DNA from: Antedon mediterranea
Taxonomy: Eukaryota; Animalia; Echinodermata
Length of the DNA: 64,000 nucleotides
Direction: 5' to 3'
NCBI RefSeq assembly: GCF_964355755.1
Contig: NC_092679.1
Span: forward strand, 15,731,432 to 15,795,431
Shown piece after piece: positions 25,635 through 39,000 of the stretch (the stretch's first letter is position 1; the number at the start of each line of letters is the position of its first letter). The notes beneath the pieces were generated by a model. That model was given only the letters and a program-made list of their open reading frames with translations, did not search any database and was not told the DNA's origin. A program made the position numbers and the translations under genes.

Positions 25635-27803
25635 GGGCAATTCCATGCAAACATGGACATGACCAAAAAAATTCAAATTAATTAGTCGGCTCAAAATTTG
25701 TGTTTATGTTACTCTTTGAATATGTGGGAACTAGGTTTTTAACTTTTTCAATTCATTTATGACTTTTTGCAGCCAAAAAATTACGTTTATTCAATGTTGA
25801 ATATATATTTTTTTTTAGGTGTGAAAAATAGGTAATTACGTTAACTGATTATTATTTTCCCAACAAAGCAATATTTATAAAGTAACATGTCTAAGTAATA
25901 CGGTAGTACACTTAAGATGTATGGAAAATATGATATAACTACAAATGTTGAATATCCCATATAGGAGTGCTGTGTATATTCTGTTATATATAGGGTATGT
26001 AATGCGAGTGACAAAAAAAATGATTTTTTTTTTTTATACCATCATGATGATAATTTTTTTTTATGAAATTTTATAATTTAGCTATACTACTTTCAACAAT
26101 TAAAATTTGACAAATAAAAATAAAAAATCCCCGTAAATACAAAATTGTTGAGACATTGAAAAGTGAAATGCGAGTGACATGTAATGCGAGTGACGTTCAA
26201 AAATGGACAATGTAATGCGAGTGACATTACTAAAACTCTTTTTTTTGTAAAGTAAAATAGTAATTAATCTATCATTAGTTATGAATTAGTCCCAGAATTA
26301 GTATATACATTAATTTCATAATATAATGTGTGATTTGGCCCTTATTTGGAGGCACTACAGTATAATAATTATAGCATTAGGTTTGTTGAGGGCACAATCC
26401 CTAGCAACGACCTTTTTGCAGTTAAATCATTTGAAACATCAATCATTATAAGAGCTCATTAAATAAAAAACACTAAATCTGGTGAGATTAACAAATTTGG
26501 TACAATCTTTTGTGAAGATAAGAAGGTAAGAATAAGTATACATTTATATTTAATCACAATTTTTAAGTTTTTTTTTCTTATATTGTTAGTGTTAATTATT
26601 TCAAATTCTATAATTTGAAAACACCGCATATAGGCCTAGGCTATAATAATTTATTTATATATTATCATTTACTAGGCATATTTTACACCACCAGGTCTAA
26701 AGCATTGTAGTTTTAAAAACAAAATATACAATTGCTTATTATTTAAAAATAATTTTAAAATATCATTCACATTTGCATCCTGCCTTTAGAAATGGCCGAA
26801 CGACAGAGAAAGTACCTAGAAAAACTGAAAGCCGAGGGAAAATACACCTCATACAGAAACAAACAAAATGAAATTTCGAAAAGAAGTAAAAAAGTAAAAG
26901 AAAAGAGAAAATTCTAGCTCTGCCACCAGCTTTGAAGAAGCAGAAGATTGATGCTCTTAAAGTTGCTAATAGAAAACGTGTGGCTATTAGTTCAGAGCAA
27001 AGAAGGCTGCTTTGGCATCAGACGGGCCATCACCTTTTAGAATTGCTATGGCTTTGCTAAAGCCACTACCAGGGCAAAAAGAATGCTTGATGCTGGTTTG
27101 CGAAGAACTTTGAGTTCCATAATTTGTAAAATGGCTGTTTGAATTTTCTATTTTCATTTTTAGTGACCGTATAAGTGTTCTGTTACTGTGTTTGTAAAAA
27201 ATCAAGATATTCTGTTAGTGTTAAAAATAGATGAAGTCCTTTAGAACTTCATCCAAATGAGTTGAAATAAAAGTTTTTACTTGAAAATTGATATAACATT
27301 CTTTGAGTGGTTTAATGTTGCATTATTTAATTATTGTCTACTTTTCTTTCTGCTTTGCTTAGTAAATACTAAGTTCATTTCTTACGGTAATGCGAGTGAC
27401 AGTAATGCGAGTGACGGGACTTTTTTGTTAAAATGTAAAATATTTTAAAAATCTATGTAATGTTGAATTTTTTTATTATCCTATTTTATACTTTAAAAGT
27501 ACAGCAATTAAAAATATAAGATCTTTTGATTCATATATTTTTAGTTTAAGGACACGTTCTTATCAAATCTAATCAAATTTTTGTTGTGTCCTTTTTGTGT
27601 AATGCGTGTGACAGAATTTCGCAATGGCGTCATTGTCGAAGTAAAAGACATACAATTTTTTTTATAGTATTTTATTAAAGACTTGCACCTAAAGTATGTT
27701 CATATAAAACATTGACTTAAAAATCCAATTAGTACAGAAAGTACAAAGCTTAGACTAACAAAAATGACTGTAATGTGTAATGCGAGTGACCATGGAATTG
27801 CCC
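25635..27803 (+). mobile_element. Non-autonomous DNA transposon, Sola2-like
   Basis: ATAA|GGGCAATTCCATG...CATGGAATTGCCC|ATAA (13-bp TIR, 4-bp TSD); about 8 subterminal gtaatgcgagtgac motifs; decayed basic coding relic starting MAERQRKY at about 26791; superfamily inferred. Confidence 0.75.
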
Positions 27804-27936
27804 ATAACAGAATACAGTAATTGTTACTTTTGATTGTATTTTGGTATACATAATTTGTATTCATCTACTTTGCAAAATAAAGTGACCAGCCGTCCGTTTT
27901 AGAGAAAGTAGTATCATTTTTGTGCACAATACTTAA

Positions 27937-28562
27937 AGCCCCATTCCCTACGTTTTTTAGATATAATTTAAGATCACAAACTATATTTAATGTAAAAATA
28001 ATACTATATGGTCCTATTGCGATAACTTTTTTCGTCTTTAAACGGTTAAAAATGTGAAAAATAAATCGATTCTAATAATTATAGCGGCCCGCTATAAATC
28101 CCAAAATGCATTGCGCGCGGATTGATATTTTTGTTTTTCACCTGTAATTCGCCCACTTTTCGATCGATCGTGAAGCCAAAACAAATGGAAGACTCCTAAC
28201 TTTTCAGCGAAAATACCGGGTTTTCCCCAATTTGTATCAACGGAGTCTGGCAAAAATAGAAAGACAATTAATGCAGCAACTATGCAACGTCAGGCTAGGT
28301 ATATAGCTAGCGTACGATGTTCGTACGTTATCGATGTTTACCAGCTAGGCCTACAAAACTAAGCCTAGCTAGGCTAGGCCTAAGACCGTCCACGAGAAGT
28401 CGATCGCCGCGAGCTACTTAGGTAGTGCATTGTTTCTCACTTTTTATCATAATTTACCATAAAACGTACATTTAAGACAAGGAATGACATGGTTTAATGT
28501 TTTTAAAGTGATATATATGTATTATTTTCCAAAAAACGTCCAAAATTGCAGGGAAGGGGTCT
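27937..28562. mobile_element. Kolobok-like non-autonomous element
   Basis: TTAA|AGCCCCATTCCCTAC...GCAGGGAAGGGGTCT|TTAA (12/15 TIR match). Confidence 0.78.
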
Positions 28563-29640
28563 TTAAGTAAAAACAAATTACTATCAAGTATGTACTCGGA
28601 GCAAACATTAAAGCCTTTAATCTCGTCAAATAACATACAACTCATCTCCTTTACAGCAAGATTTATATACGCCAACTAACGTGATTAATTGCTATATCAA
28701 AATCTGCGATATTGTAATCACATTATCTGTGAGCTCAAATTAAAAACGAAAATAGAACTTCATGAGAAAATTAGATTGCAATTATACTGGGATTCTGTAA
28801 AGCTCTTTCTACACTATCAAAAAAAAGTATGATATGCCTATTTATGGTAGTGACGTGCCCAAATATGGTAGTTATATGACATCATCATGTCTATATATGG
28901 GCACATCACATTTTTTGTGTTGCATAAAGTTTCTTTTCTTTTGAATGCATTTTGCTTATTCATATCGGAAAGTAAAAAATAATAATTTTTTTATGCCATC
29001 CTTTAATAGCAGCATGGTTGTTAAAGTTGAACATTTGAGCGCTTAGGGCAGCGCAAACCATTAGCTAAGGTTCATAATTCTACTGGTACAACCAATCTTA
29101 GAAAGGAACCTGAAACTGGAGCCTCTGCTTAAAGCTCTTAGAGTGCACATAAAAGAACGAGTTTATCCTAAAGGAAGAATATACGATTCATCCAGATAAC
29201 TGATGTCCTGGTTAATTTTTGTTTGTTTTTGTGGACAAATGAGTTAAGAGCAGATGTACAACACTGGGGGACCTGTAGATGAAAGCTGTTATGCGTTGTG
29301 CTATTCAGTCCAGTTGGCTGCGAGTCACAGTCTATTATTCCAGCATTTCATAGAAGGCAGAAGTTTTAGTTATTATCTATGATGACTACCAGATATCATA
29401 ATTTTGCAGTCATGGTTGCAGACGATAGTAACACATTGTCTTTAGCATTGGATCTTGCAATTCCCAAATTGCTGAGAACTTGTTCTTACCTTGTGCTTAC
29501 TTGACTGTAATAGTAAACTGGTTGGCTGGTTAGAACTATATAAACATTAACTCCTAACTGCCTAACTTGTGCATTTGTATGCAAGTCATGTTTTTAATAA
29601 TTGTCTGAAACTAAATAAAGTTGATCTTATCTTATCTTAC

Positions 29641-29773
29641 CTTGTAGTCGCTTGCTAAATTGGTCAACTGGTTGGCTGGACAGACCTAACACACTGACCA
29701 CTGCAACTTCTTTCTCTGTTTCTTTGGTCTGGTTGAATAATCGTAATTGACTATCTTTTGACTTCTGTAAAAC
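29641..29773 (-). CDS. PACS: PACS exon 5
   Basis: VLQKSKDSQLRLFNQTKETEKEVAVVSVLGLSSQPVDQFSKRLQ (LSSQP.D motif); CAG acceptor, AAG|GTAAG donor; 133 nt, phase 1. Confidence 0.92.
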
Positions 29774-30993
29774 CTGTTGAACAAACATAAATTACTGTTT
29801 ATTATTTATTTAATATCGAAAATGCTTTAAAATTTAACATCACATATTTGGTTTATATAAACAAAGTATATTTATTTTTTTCAATTACTTTAATGGTGTG
29901 CTGTTTAATACTGAGAGATATCTAATTTTCTACAAAGGCTTGCCTACAGATACATCAATGCATAAACAAAATTAATTAAGTTGTTTTGCATTTTTAAGTA
30001 CATTTTTCAATTTCAGCCAAATACTAAATCTATTTCATATGTTTACAGATTTTATTTTTAATTTAAAAAATAGAAATACAGTTCCTATAATTCATTTTTC
30101 CTTTTTAATTTTTCAGTTCTTCTGTAAATATAACATATTATATCATATACGAATGTCTATACACAATTATTAAAACCGTAAGTGTGTGTAGTAGTAGTAC
30201 ATGATTAATTTATTGATTTCAAATGTAATAACTACAAAATTTCAAACTTGTTGACCAATAATTAGCTATTGACCAAGCGAATACAATTTTTTTAACCGTA
30301 TTTAAAAAAAAAACCTTTGCTGTGTCTTTTTTCTTGCAATAATTATTATGTACAACTTTATAATTTATACTGTATTTTAAAAAACTGTATAAAAGTGCCC
30401 TAATTCAACTTTTTAGTTGCCATTTATGGTTTTGATATTGTATTTTTGATATTTTATTGAAATAAAGATACCGATATAAAAAAAAAATTATTTTTCTGGC
30501 CAAACAGAAATTGATCCTTAAAAAAACCATAAAAAAGAATCGAACCCCAATTGATTCCGGTCAAAAATTCCGTGTAAAAAATGGTGTTTCTGTGGAACAA
30601 TTTTTAGCTGCAATGCAATTGCGGTCTCAACTTGACCTCACCCGTCCTCAGAAAGTCATTGAATGGTTTTAGAATATACTTTCTATAACCAAATATAGAG
30701 ATTTTAAAACATTATAGTACTTAATTATACAATAAAATTATATTTTTTACTGTATTATTTTACCATCCTGACTGATGAGTCTCCTCTAAATTGTTTCAAA
30801 TAATCTTCTAAGTTTCCATTATGTATTAAGTACCTGTACCCCTCACATTCCTCTGTATACATTTTATCTCCATGGCTACAAACTCAAATTGATATCTAAG
30901 AGGTTGGTCTTTTGTGTTAATACACCCTCCATGCAGTAGTACCTATATCCCTAAAATACAATTTAGTATTATAAACTATAAGTAATTGGTTAC

Positions 30994-31119
30994 CTCTGAC
31001 ATGTTTATATCTCCGGTTGCTAGGGTTTTGTACCCTAACATTGTCCTGTTCTTGTAGCGTTTCCTCCTCTGAAGCATTATTTGTAATCTGTTACCATCTC
31101 GTTTCAGAAAATGTGGATA
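30994..31119 (-). CDS. PACS: PACS exon 4
   Basis: [42 protein letters not shown], the hallmark PACS motif; 126 nt; GT-AG flanks. Confidence 0.96.
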
Positions 31120-32148
31120 CTAATAAATAAAAAAACCAATAATAATAACAAAACCATTTAATTCATAAAACACCACTCATCTGACGATAAGCAAATTAAC
31201 CAATCACAAGCAACAGTTAGAATAATACATCACTTTTATTGGTTAAATCGCTTATGTTACGGCTTACATCTTTGCGTTGCGTCCTAGTGGGAACCAAGCA
31301 TTAGGGTGTACAGTAGGTCAAAGGAAGAATTTTTAGGTGTCTACACATTAGTGATATACAAATGGTTCATTTTGACATTTTAATTAACTATGCGCGGTAA
31401 AACAAAAAACGGAATAAATGCACATTTGTTTGTGCTCTATCAGTGTGCAGGGCAGGTACTGTACAAGTCTGACCTGTATTTTTAATATGTATTGTACATA
31501 GATGATGTTGCAACAGTACAGTAGACGAATTTCATTTGACATATCATGACAGGTGTTTTGAGCATACAAGTGAAAATGATAATTTGAGTGCCTCTTTCAT
31601 CCTATTAAGCCAGAGTTCCACATAAACAGTATCAGATGCGCAAAAGCTGTTTAACTACAGGTTTCATTACACACTTTGTTTAATCAGTAATTGTGCAATG
31701 TTTTTGATAAAAGACCCAGAAAGGATTTGAACCAACGACCCTGGGATTGATAGCAAAGTATCTCATCTGCTAATCAATCACCCAATTTCACTTTGTAAAT
31801 TGATTGAATAGGCATCAAGTAAGCTCTAAAGTGTTGATACCTTTACAACAACATCAAAATTGACATCATATTAATCTACACTCTAATCTTAATTGGCGTT
31901 TTGCGATCAGGGATCTTAAATATTGAGTGCTATTTTTCTGTTGCATCAAATTAAATTCAAACTAATCTGTTTATTCATCTCATAAAAACAATACTGTACA
32001 TACAAAATACAATTACACAAAAAGGAGTAAATTAATTAAGTAAAGAATATTTCAGATAGTATTTCAACAAATAAGTTTACACAAATTAAAGGTGGTGTTG
32101 GTAGTCTATGTAGTCTAAAAACGTGTGCTCTTTGTTCGAATAGTATTA

Positions 32149-33702
32149 TCTATATATAAATTTACGTAAGGGCAAAATTCGGTAAATCGCGCCTTACTTC
32201 TAGAATTTTTACTCAATGGTATATAAAGTTGGTTCGTACTTTCGGTACTGATTTTAACCACCTGATGTAACCCTGTTTACTAATTAAATTAAGTTAGATA
32301 ATTAGTTATTGACGACTAAAACGAATTTAGGTTCAACGATTTGCCCCAAATAGGGGTGTTTTCCGATCGTGGTATACACTGTCTAATGGATGTCCATCTT
32401 GAAAAATACCCGCCACAAAAATGCGAGGAGGCTTCGCATTTTCCTATCTCCTCCTACGATAATTGTTTTTAATAGCTGAAAGCCGGTTGAACAGTTCGAG
32501 TACAGCATCATAATGTTGAAGACAGGCCGATTTTCTTTAAAAAATACTATTTTGATACATTTAATATACGTTTTTACAAATGTATTGATTTGTGATGAAT
32601 GGAACATTCCAAATTATTTGGTTTAAGCATAGAGGTATAGATTTAGATTTATGGGCCCCCTTGGAGAATAAACATAAATAGTATTGCAATGCTGTACAAT
32701 ACTGTTAAGGTATTAACCACTTTTGATCGCAATTTGAATCGCAAATTTCTTACTGTGAGTGTTGGTACTGTTAGATGTAATATAAAAATATACAAATAAA
32801 CTTTATTACTGTGAGTGTGGGTAGGCCCTACTGTAGATTATAAACATATAATATACAAATAAACATTCCAAATTATTTGGTTTAACCATTATAGAGGTAT
32901 AGATTTAGATTTATGGGCCCCCTTGGAGAATAAACATAAATAGTATTGCAATGCTGTACAATACTGTTAAGGTATTAACCACTTTTGATCGCAATTTGAA
33001 TCGCAAATTTCTTACTGTGAGTGTTGGTACTGTTAGATGTAATATAAAAATATATACAAATAAACTTTATTACTGTGAGTGTGGGTAGGCCCTACTGTAG
33101 ATTATAAACATATAATATACAAATAAATAAACGTTATTACTGACAGTTGCTTCTCAACGTTTGTATTAATAATTTAAAAATATATAAACGTCGTAGTGGT
33201 GTATCGTTACATGTACTTTACTATTTCAATCGACTATGACAGTGAGAGTTTTAACAAAGTACCGTATTAAATCGTAAATGTTTTACTGTATTTAGTGGTA
33301 TATTATTTATAGGCCTATAAAACATTAAAAACAATATTTCGTTACTGAGTGGATAAGAATATATTTTAAAATGTTTCCTCTTTGTACCTATCTTCTTCCC
33401 CCATCCCTCAACCCTTAATGTTACATACAAAACACAAATTGGGTTTGTTTAAATTAGTCCAAATAAAAAAATTTGACTCATTTTGTTTCTCTCTTCGGAA
33501 GTAATTCCCAGGGTGCTAATTTTGGTTGACTACATAAATCATTGTGTATATTTATTCGTTTCTGTAAACGACAATGTATTATAGTCCTGCGGTACGTACA
33601 TTTGAAATCTCCATTTTTTTCTCGCTGGAAATACTGTGTATTCGAGAACCATCTGTGGGCACGACCTAGATGGTACGCGAGCGAAGCGAGCGTGCCATCT
33701 AG
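32149..33702 (+). mobile_element. Non-autonomous Helitron with internal about 260-bp tandem duplication (32603-33125)
   Basis: A|TCTATATATAAA 5' end; 3' hairpin ctagatggtacgc-gagcgaagcga-gcgtgccatctag ending CTAG|T; inserted between A and T with no TSD. Confidence 0.8.
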
Positions 33703-33712
33703 TATTGGCAAA

Positions 33713-34022
33713 TTAATGTAGTCTATTTCGTTCCCAACTTACCTGGATAAACCGACATTGGCCTATTCCATCCGAGAAGAGATCTACAACTCTAATATAT
33801 AAACAATTTATGAAAAATCTCATTCAGATAATTGTACATTCCATGAACCCTGACCTCAAGTGGGAACATCCCAACACACCACCATCATCATTGAACGAGA
33901 CATGGTAGAAGTAACATGTCTGAATGAAGGGCTACACTACTTGTAGCTCTCTTCTCGAAGAGAATACTGTAGGCCAATGTTGGTTTATCCAGATAAGTTA
34001 GGGATGAAATCGACTACATTAA
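33713..34022. mobile_element. MITE with long imperfect inverted arms (fragments also about 37790-38030, 53835-53900, 55755-55800)
   Basis: aatgtagtc.atttc.t.cc.aactta.ctggataaacc.acattggccta...cgagaagaga.ctacaa mirrored at both ends; TTAA at both flanks. Confidence 0.8.
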
Positions 34023-35605
34023 TAACCATAATACTAATAGAACAAAGATTTCACTAGGTCCTTAGTTAGAGTACACGTTTTTTTCAATTGAATATGCCAA
34101 TTAATACATTTAAAATAAATGCTACAAGTTCAATAGTACACCGACATTATGACATTGTTACCACATCCAAATCACTTCCTTCCGCTTCTAATGAATTTAA
34201 CCTCACCTGGAATTCACTTTACCTTTTCTATTTTTACAGTACTAATTTTCATTTTAATTGCGGATAATTGCTAGCGTAACTAATTATCTAAAGTCGGATG
34301 CTTTCGGATTGTTTATTACCGTCGCAAGAGACACATAACATTAAAATATGGCGGAAATATGTATCTGATATTTCACCTGATTTAATGATATAAATCAAAG
34401 TCATTAATTACATTGCAATGTCATACTGTATTCTTTCTTACTGACTCTAGTATAAGAACACCTACACCGTGGGATAATTAGTCTATTTACAATTAAGAAA
34501 AAAGATGGAGTGATCAAACTATGATCTTAATAAGAACTTGTCACCAATAAGGGACTACAGAACAGTGACAAAAATATAAATATTTATTTAATATTATATA
34601 ATTGAGATTTCTTACAAACACTATAGTTATCCACCGAGTGCAGAACATCAACAATATTCTTTTATCATTGGATTATTTATGTATTTTTCCAAAATTGGTA
34701 CAAAATAAAACAAATACATTTTTCAACAATTGCCTTTAAATCTGTGTCTTTAATTTATGCACATTTTTAACCTATTGCAATACATTTATGATACGTGCAC
34801 TTATAACCGACTGTACCACAGTTTTAACCAGGCATATTGTTAGTATTTTAATCAAATACAGTATCATTTTAATGTCAATTCTTGATCTAAAAATACAATA
34901 AAGATCTCATAAAAACTTTAATTAAAATATCAGTTATATTCTTTATTTGAAATAACTGATTGTAGTCTTTTATTTCTTTCTTCTTTATTTCCACATTTAC
35001 AATGAAGCTCTAGACCTGTTGCCATGGCAAACAGCAATTTTGAAATGTAAATTATCTATCAGTCTATAATTAGAATGGAATTTTCAGAGTTACATCACCA
35101 TCACCATAGTAACATAATTGAGAAAACATTTAACACTGTTGCAGGTAACTTATGTTTATTTGCTTTTAAATTCCAAAGAAATGTTTAGCAAGAGTAAAGG
35201 TATATTGAAATATTTTGATCTGTAATACGTTCCTGTTTGTAGCTTGTCTATACAATTAAAAAGTATGTTTACACTGTGTATAGTGAAACATCTTTTCGCA
35301 TCTGATAAAATATGGCATAATGTTAAGAGACTAGCATGTGAGAGGCATTGGTCCGTGCCTGTCTGTGCTCAATGGGGCTGCGTGTGCGCCATTGGACGGG
35401 TATTTCCATTAAAATATTCAAAAAGTAGTAGTGTAGTTGATAGTCTATATGCAGCATGTGGCTGCCGTGTGCACATAGTAGGTCAACATAACCTGTAAGT
35501 GTAAGTGTACTCTACATTTCCTCTATTATGATATAATAATAATAATACATTTCCTGTAGTAACTGCAGTAAATTGTGTTTATTTAAATCAATTAAATGAC
35601 CTTAC

Positions 35606-35695
35606 CTGTAATGAAAATGAAAGATCCAGTTCAGTTTCCAGATTTTTACTGGATGAAAATACAATCTCATTTGAACGTAATGTGCGCTTTGAACT
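35606..35695 (-). CDS. PACS: PACS exon 3
   Basis: SSKRTLRSNEIVFSSSKNLETELDLSFSLQ; TAG acceptor, CAG|GTAAG donor; 90 nt. Confidence 0.94.
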
Positions 35696-35796
35696 CTAGA
35701 TAACAACAAAAAATAGTATTAAAGTTAAAAGCACTATCCCAAGATTCATGATTTAAGGGGCTGTGATAGGATAACAGTCTCTCGATACTCAATTTA

Positions 35797-35954
35797 AGCT
35801 CTGTCTGCACCCAAACTTTAGGTGAAAAAAAATGTGATATGCCTATATATGGACATGATGGTATCATATTACTACCATATTTGGGCATATCATTACCATA
35901 TTTAGGCACATCACACTTGTTTTGTCAAACTAGTTTGATAGTGTAGATAGAGCT
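35797..35954. mobile_element. About 160-bp MITE family (other copies about 14709-14905, 28800-28930, 46352-46483, 55111-55227)
   Basis: TIR AGCTCTGTCTACAC / GTGTAGA.AGAGCT; shared core gtgcccaaatatggtagtgatatgacatcatc. Confidence 0.8.
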
Positions 35955-35968
35955 TTAGACTACTTTAC

Positions 35969-36056
35969 CTGCATTCGTACAGCTATGATAAGTGAACTTA
36001 AGTCATTCTCCAAAGGTTTTAATACACATAATCTGGTCAGACGAAGACTACACAAC
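35969..36056 (-). CDS. PACS: PACS exon 2
   Basis: TAG|G...CAG|GTAAA; (R)LCSLRLTRLCVLKPLENDLSSLIIAVRMQ matches the PACS furin/cargo-binding region; phase fits exon 1. Confidence 0.93.
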
Positions 36057-39000
36057 CTATCCACAAAAAAAAAATAAATAAATTCCAAAATAAATTTATC
36101 ATGTCATTTGTGTTTTGGGTCTATTTTGGGGGATAATATAAGTGTTACCGAAACAATGCTGGTTTTCTGTACAACAGAATAATACGATAATAGGGCTTAC
36201 ATTTTTATTTATTTCCGACTGAAATAGCAAAATAATAATAATAATAATTCCAATACAACACTTCTTTTCTTTTAATCTTTCTAAAGCTTTAAATAACCAC
36301 ACCTCTCAATGTCATCTTTTCTCCTATAAATAAAACCTGTCATCTTACAGCTACTGCAGTAATAACATAACATACAAACAAACAAACAAACAAAACAAAA
36401 ACTGATAAATAAAAAGAAATTGGTATTTAAATGTACTGTATCTCAAAAAATTTTGACCAAAAAAAAGGATTTTATTCAGTACATTAAGTATAAATATTAT
36501 ACAGAAAATTTTTCTAAAAACCTAATCTACATACTGCATTAAAAGATTAAAACATTTTCAAGATTTAAACTTATTTTGGCAAGCAACCATACCACATCCA
36601 CATTGTAGTGCCACCCAAACATCATACAAGTATATTTTCGCGTACTGAACCTGTATTTTCTATAGACGATTTTCTTTCTTATTTTTCAAGTATAAAAATA
36701 ATGTGTTAATTCAACATAGTAGAAAGCTGCCAAATAAAAAACAGGTTGCCAGATAGTTTATACATACTATAAAAAATGTTTTACCTACTCTAAAATTACT
36801 CAAATTTGACACATTGTCTTCAAGATATCTAATGGAAATGGTTATGAAAAATTGCAACATTAATAAACATTTGACATGAACAATTGAACGAGTCGGAATG
36901 TACACATCAGAACATATTACGTTCATTATAAAATCACAGTTAATGTGAAACACGGGCATAGAGAAGAATATTGAAACACAAGGAATATTCTATTATTCAT
37001 CTGAGGGATGTTTTGCTATTCTGCCACATTTTAAAGGGACCATGTTAAAACTACTCTACTGCAGTTTACTAAAAGTGTACTCTTTAAAAAAAGTTTTATG
37101 CAATTATTTAGCAAGCTTTTTTTATACTGTGTATTGAAGTGAATGGTTCATAAAATTTATTCAAACAAACTAAAATAATATGTTAAATTGCAGGAAAACA
37201 ATATAGTTACTGCAGTAACTGCAGCAGAATAATTTTGACATGATCCCTAATGTTTATACATGAATGCTTAAAATATATTACAAGTTTGAGTGTTATGATA
37301 AATGCTGTGAAAATAAGCATTTGTTACTAATACTCTGTTCTTTTATTGCACCCAATAGGCTTCAAATTATACAACTTTTTAACTGAATTATCGATAATGG
37401 AATTTGCTAATACGACACATCATGCATTTATTACTCTCATTCAAAAAGCAATTAAAAACAAAAACAAAACAATAATATTATTATCTATAAATCATTTTTT
37501 TTTCATTACAAGTTTCAATAAATAAATAATGTGTAAATAATAATGAGTTTACATAAAACATACGTCACACAACTAGCAAATAACAATAAATTAATTGTTT
37601 TTTGTCATATCCCGATACTATAATGCTAGATTCACACAAATTTTGTACCCTAAAGGCTTTTATCTAAAGGGAATGACCGATTGAATTGGAGTTTATTTAA
37701 AGGTGTGACAGATTAAAATGAAGTTTGTAACACTGTACTAGGGTTAAAATGATACTACAAAAACTAAGAGTGGTGGTGGTAAAGTAGACTGTAGTGTTGG
37801 TCATCCGGATAAACTAACAATGGCCTTTTTTGGTTTATCCAAGTTAGCTGGGCACGAAATAGATTGCCTATTATTTAAAGAGTTTTTCTTTATATGCACT
37901 GGATTTCAGATTGTCTACATTTGCTGATGAAATGTTGGTACAGTAGTATAGTGTTGGTCACCGGAATAAACTAACAATGGCCTTTTTCGGTTAATCCAAG
38001 TAAGCTGGGCATGAAATAGATTGCCTAATTTCAAGAGTCTTTCTTACAAATTCAAGATTTAAGATCATCTGCCTTTGCTCATGAAATGTTAAAGCAATTT
38101 ATCATTGAGTATAAGACACAATTATGTGATTGATCGTCATAGCAGAACATATTACCACTTTGGCTTTAAACATTTAGCAATTAATTGACTTATGTTGTAT
38201 TTTCATTAATATTAAAGATTGATAGTATAATGTATTTTGACATTCAATCGATATTCACATCCAGAGGTAAACATATGTTTAGGGATGTTCATTTATCAGT
38301 CAGGTGTTAACAGCAACAAATTACGAGGTGATAAAACAGGGGTTTTTTTAAATAAAAATATTGAAATATGTAGATAGTTACCATTAACATCAACTACTGC
38401 ACACAATATTGGATGCACAGTAGAGTGTGTAAATGTTCTTTTGTACTAAATCTATCTACTACACTGGTACGCATTATGAATTTCACGATACTGGGCAAGT
38501 TTCCTCATCACTTTTCTTCTATAAATATATTTTACGGTCCTACACGTGAAAGGATGAAGTAATTTTTACCAAATAAATATCATAGAATACGTACCAACAT
38601 AGAGAAAAATTTTAAGTAGCAGATCTCGAGCCTGTGCAAAGATTCTTATAGGGGGTTCTTTTTTCGAAAAAGGGGCACAAATCATAATGACCTAGATCTC
38701 ATGAACCATGAAACTGGGCTTACATTGATGTGGCCAACTGTTCTTCAGAGCTACTGAATTGAATAATGAAACTCAACAAATCAAGTCAGTGCTCTCCATT
38801 ATTACTTGGCTTTAAAATAGAATTTTGCCAAGTATAGTAACAGTACGTACTTTGTATGTTTGTTAGCACGATAGATATCACCTACAATTTTCAAGTTATC
38901 ATTCTGAATTTTTCGGTGTAAATACTGTAGGTATATACTTTTACAGAACATGCCTACAGTATTAAAATTCAATGAAATTGGTTCATTAATAACAAAAAAG

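Noticed and set aside
30766-30800. CTGATGA hammerhead core
   Set aside because: No paired stem II or downstream GAAA
33738-33750. U1 snRNA 5' end (ACTTACCTGG)
   Set aside because: Only 10 nt match, no U1 body follows, and it sits in a MITE arm
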